Assembly (NCBI GenBank): GCA_963666215.2
Contig: CAXWPL010000002.1
Span: 416,001-480,000 of the forward strand
Origin: Acidobacteriota bacterium
GTDB taxonomy: Bacteria > Acidobacteriota > UBA890 > WLXD01
Direction: 5' to 3'
DNA: 64,000 nt
The notes under the pieces are model-generated. The model had not been told where the DNA came from. It did not search any database and saw only the letters and a program-made list of their open reading frames with translations. The translations under genes and the position numbers were made by a program. Shown here piece after piece: positions 62,321 through 64,000 of the stretch (positions are counted from its first letter, which is position 1; the number at the start of each line of letters is the position of its first letter).

Positions 62321-62346
62321 ATTATTTATCAAAACTAATAATAAAA
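62321..62346. promoter_or_regulatory. AT-rich operator-like site upstream of padR
   Basis: ATTATT-N10-AATAAT inverted repeat in a GC-rich background. Confidence 0.45.
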
Positions 62347-62430
62347 CCCGAGATGACTCGTATCAAGCCGAGCTTGATCGTGGGAACCGTCGCCCACGAC
62401 CCGGCTTCCTGCCTCTGTCGGAAGATTCGC

Positions 62431-63795
<1,365 letters not shown>

Positions 63796-64000
63796 CCGGA
63801 AGGGATCCTTGTGGAGAACCGAGCCCGGCTCCATCTCGTACTCATGCCAGCCCCGTGTCCACCGTGATCTGCGGCAGTGCCGCTCCAACGGATCGGGCGT
63901 AGGGCTTCAGAAGTTAAGTTGACCGTGCCGTCTCACGCCAGCGGCCGGCTCGAGCCCGCCCAAGATCACCGATCTGCGCACCGTGCCCGCATCGGCACCG

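Noticed and set aside
63840-64000. Possible 3' end of a gene upstream of chrA
   Set aside because: Too short and cut by the window edge to identify.

Overview
High-GC bacterial chromosomal segment, most likely Acidobacteriota (inferred from an ADOP-type permease with PadR partner, short PheT, and the tsaB-DUF465-psd-pssA-asd-like cluster). It is mostly housekeeping genes: purA, mutS, anmK, ilvE, pilT-recX-alaS, amiC, pgsA, pepA, dcd, meaB-mce, the nadK-tlyA-ispA-xseAB-ymdB-rny-zapA block, pheST-rplT-rpmI-infC, and three tRNAs (Glu, Lys, Val). The main accessory feature is a ~4.85 kb eroded element at the 3' end of tRNA-Glu, bounded by a 14-bp direct repeat (10812-10825 / 15650-15663). Its att core appears to lie inside the 3' end of a remnant large-serine-recombinase gene, so integrated and excised forms would encode different C-termini. 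Cargo includes a terminase-small-subunit-like gene, a lipoprotein, a GntR gene, a CxxCH-bearing outer-membrane protein and a broken cytochrome fragment. Two apparently identical IS481 copies carry 6-bp NCTAGN target duplications. Several non-essential genes carry frameshifts, in-frame TAGs or a catalytic substitution, which suggests genome erosion, although sequencing error cannot be excluded. A 178-nt intergenic long hairpin is unexplained. No CRISPR array or rRNA was seen. All family assignments come from motif recognition, not database searches.
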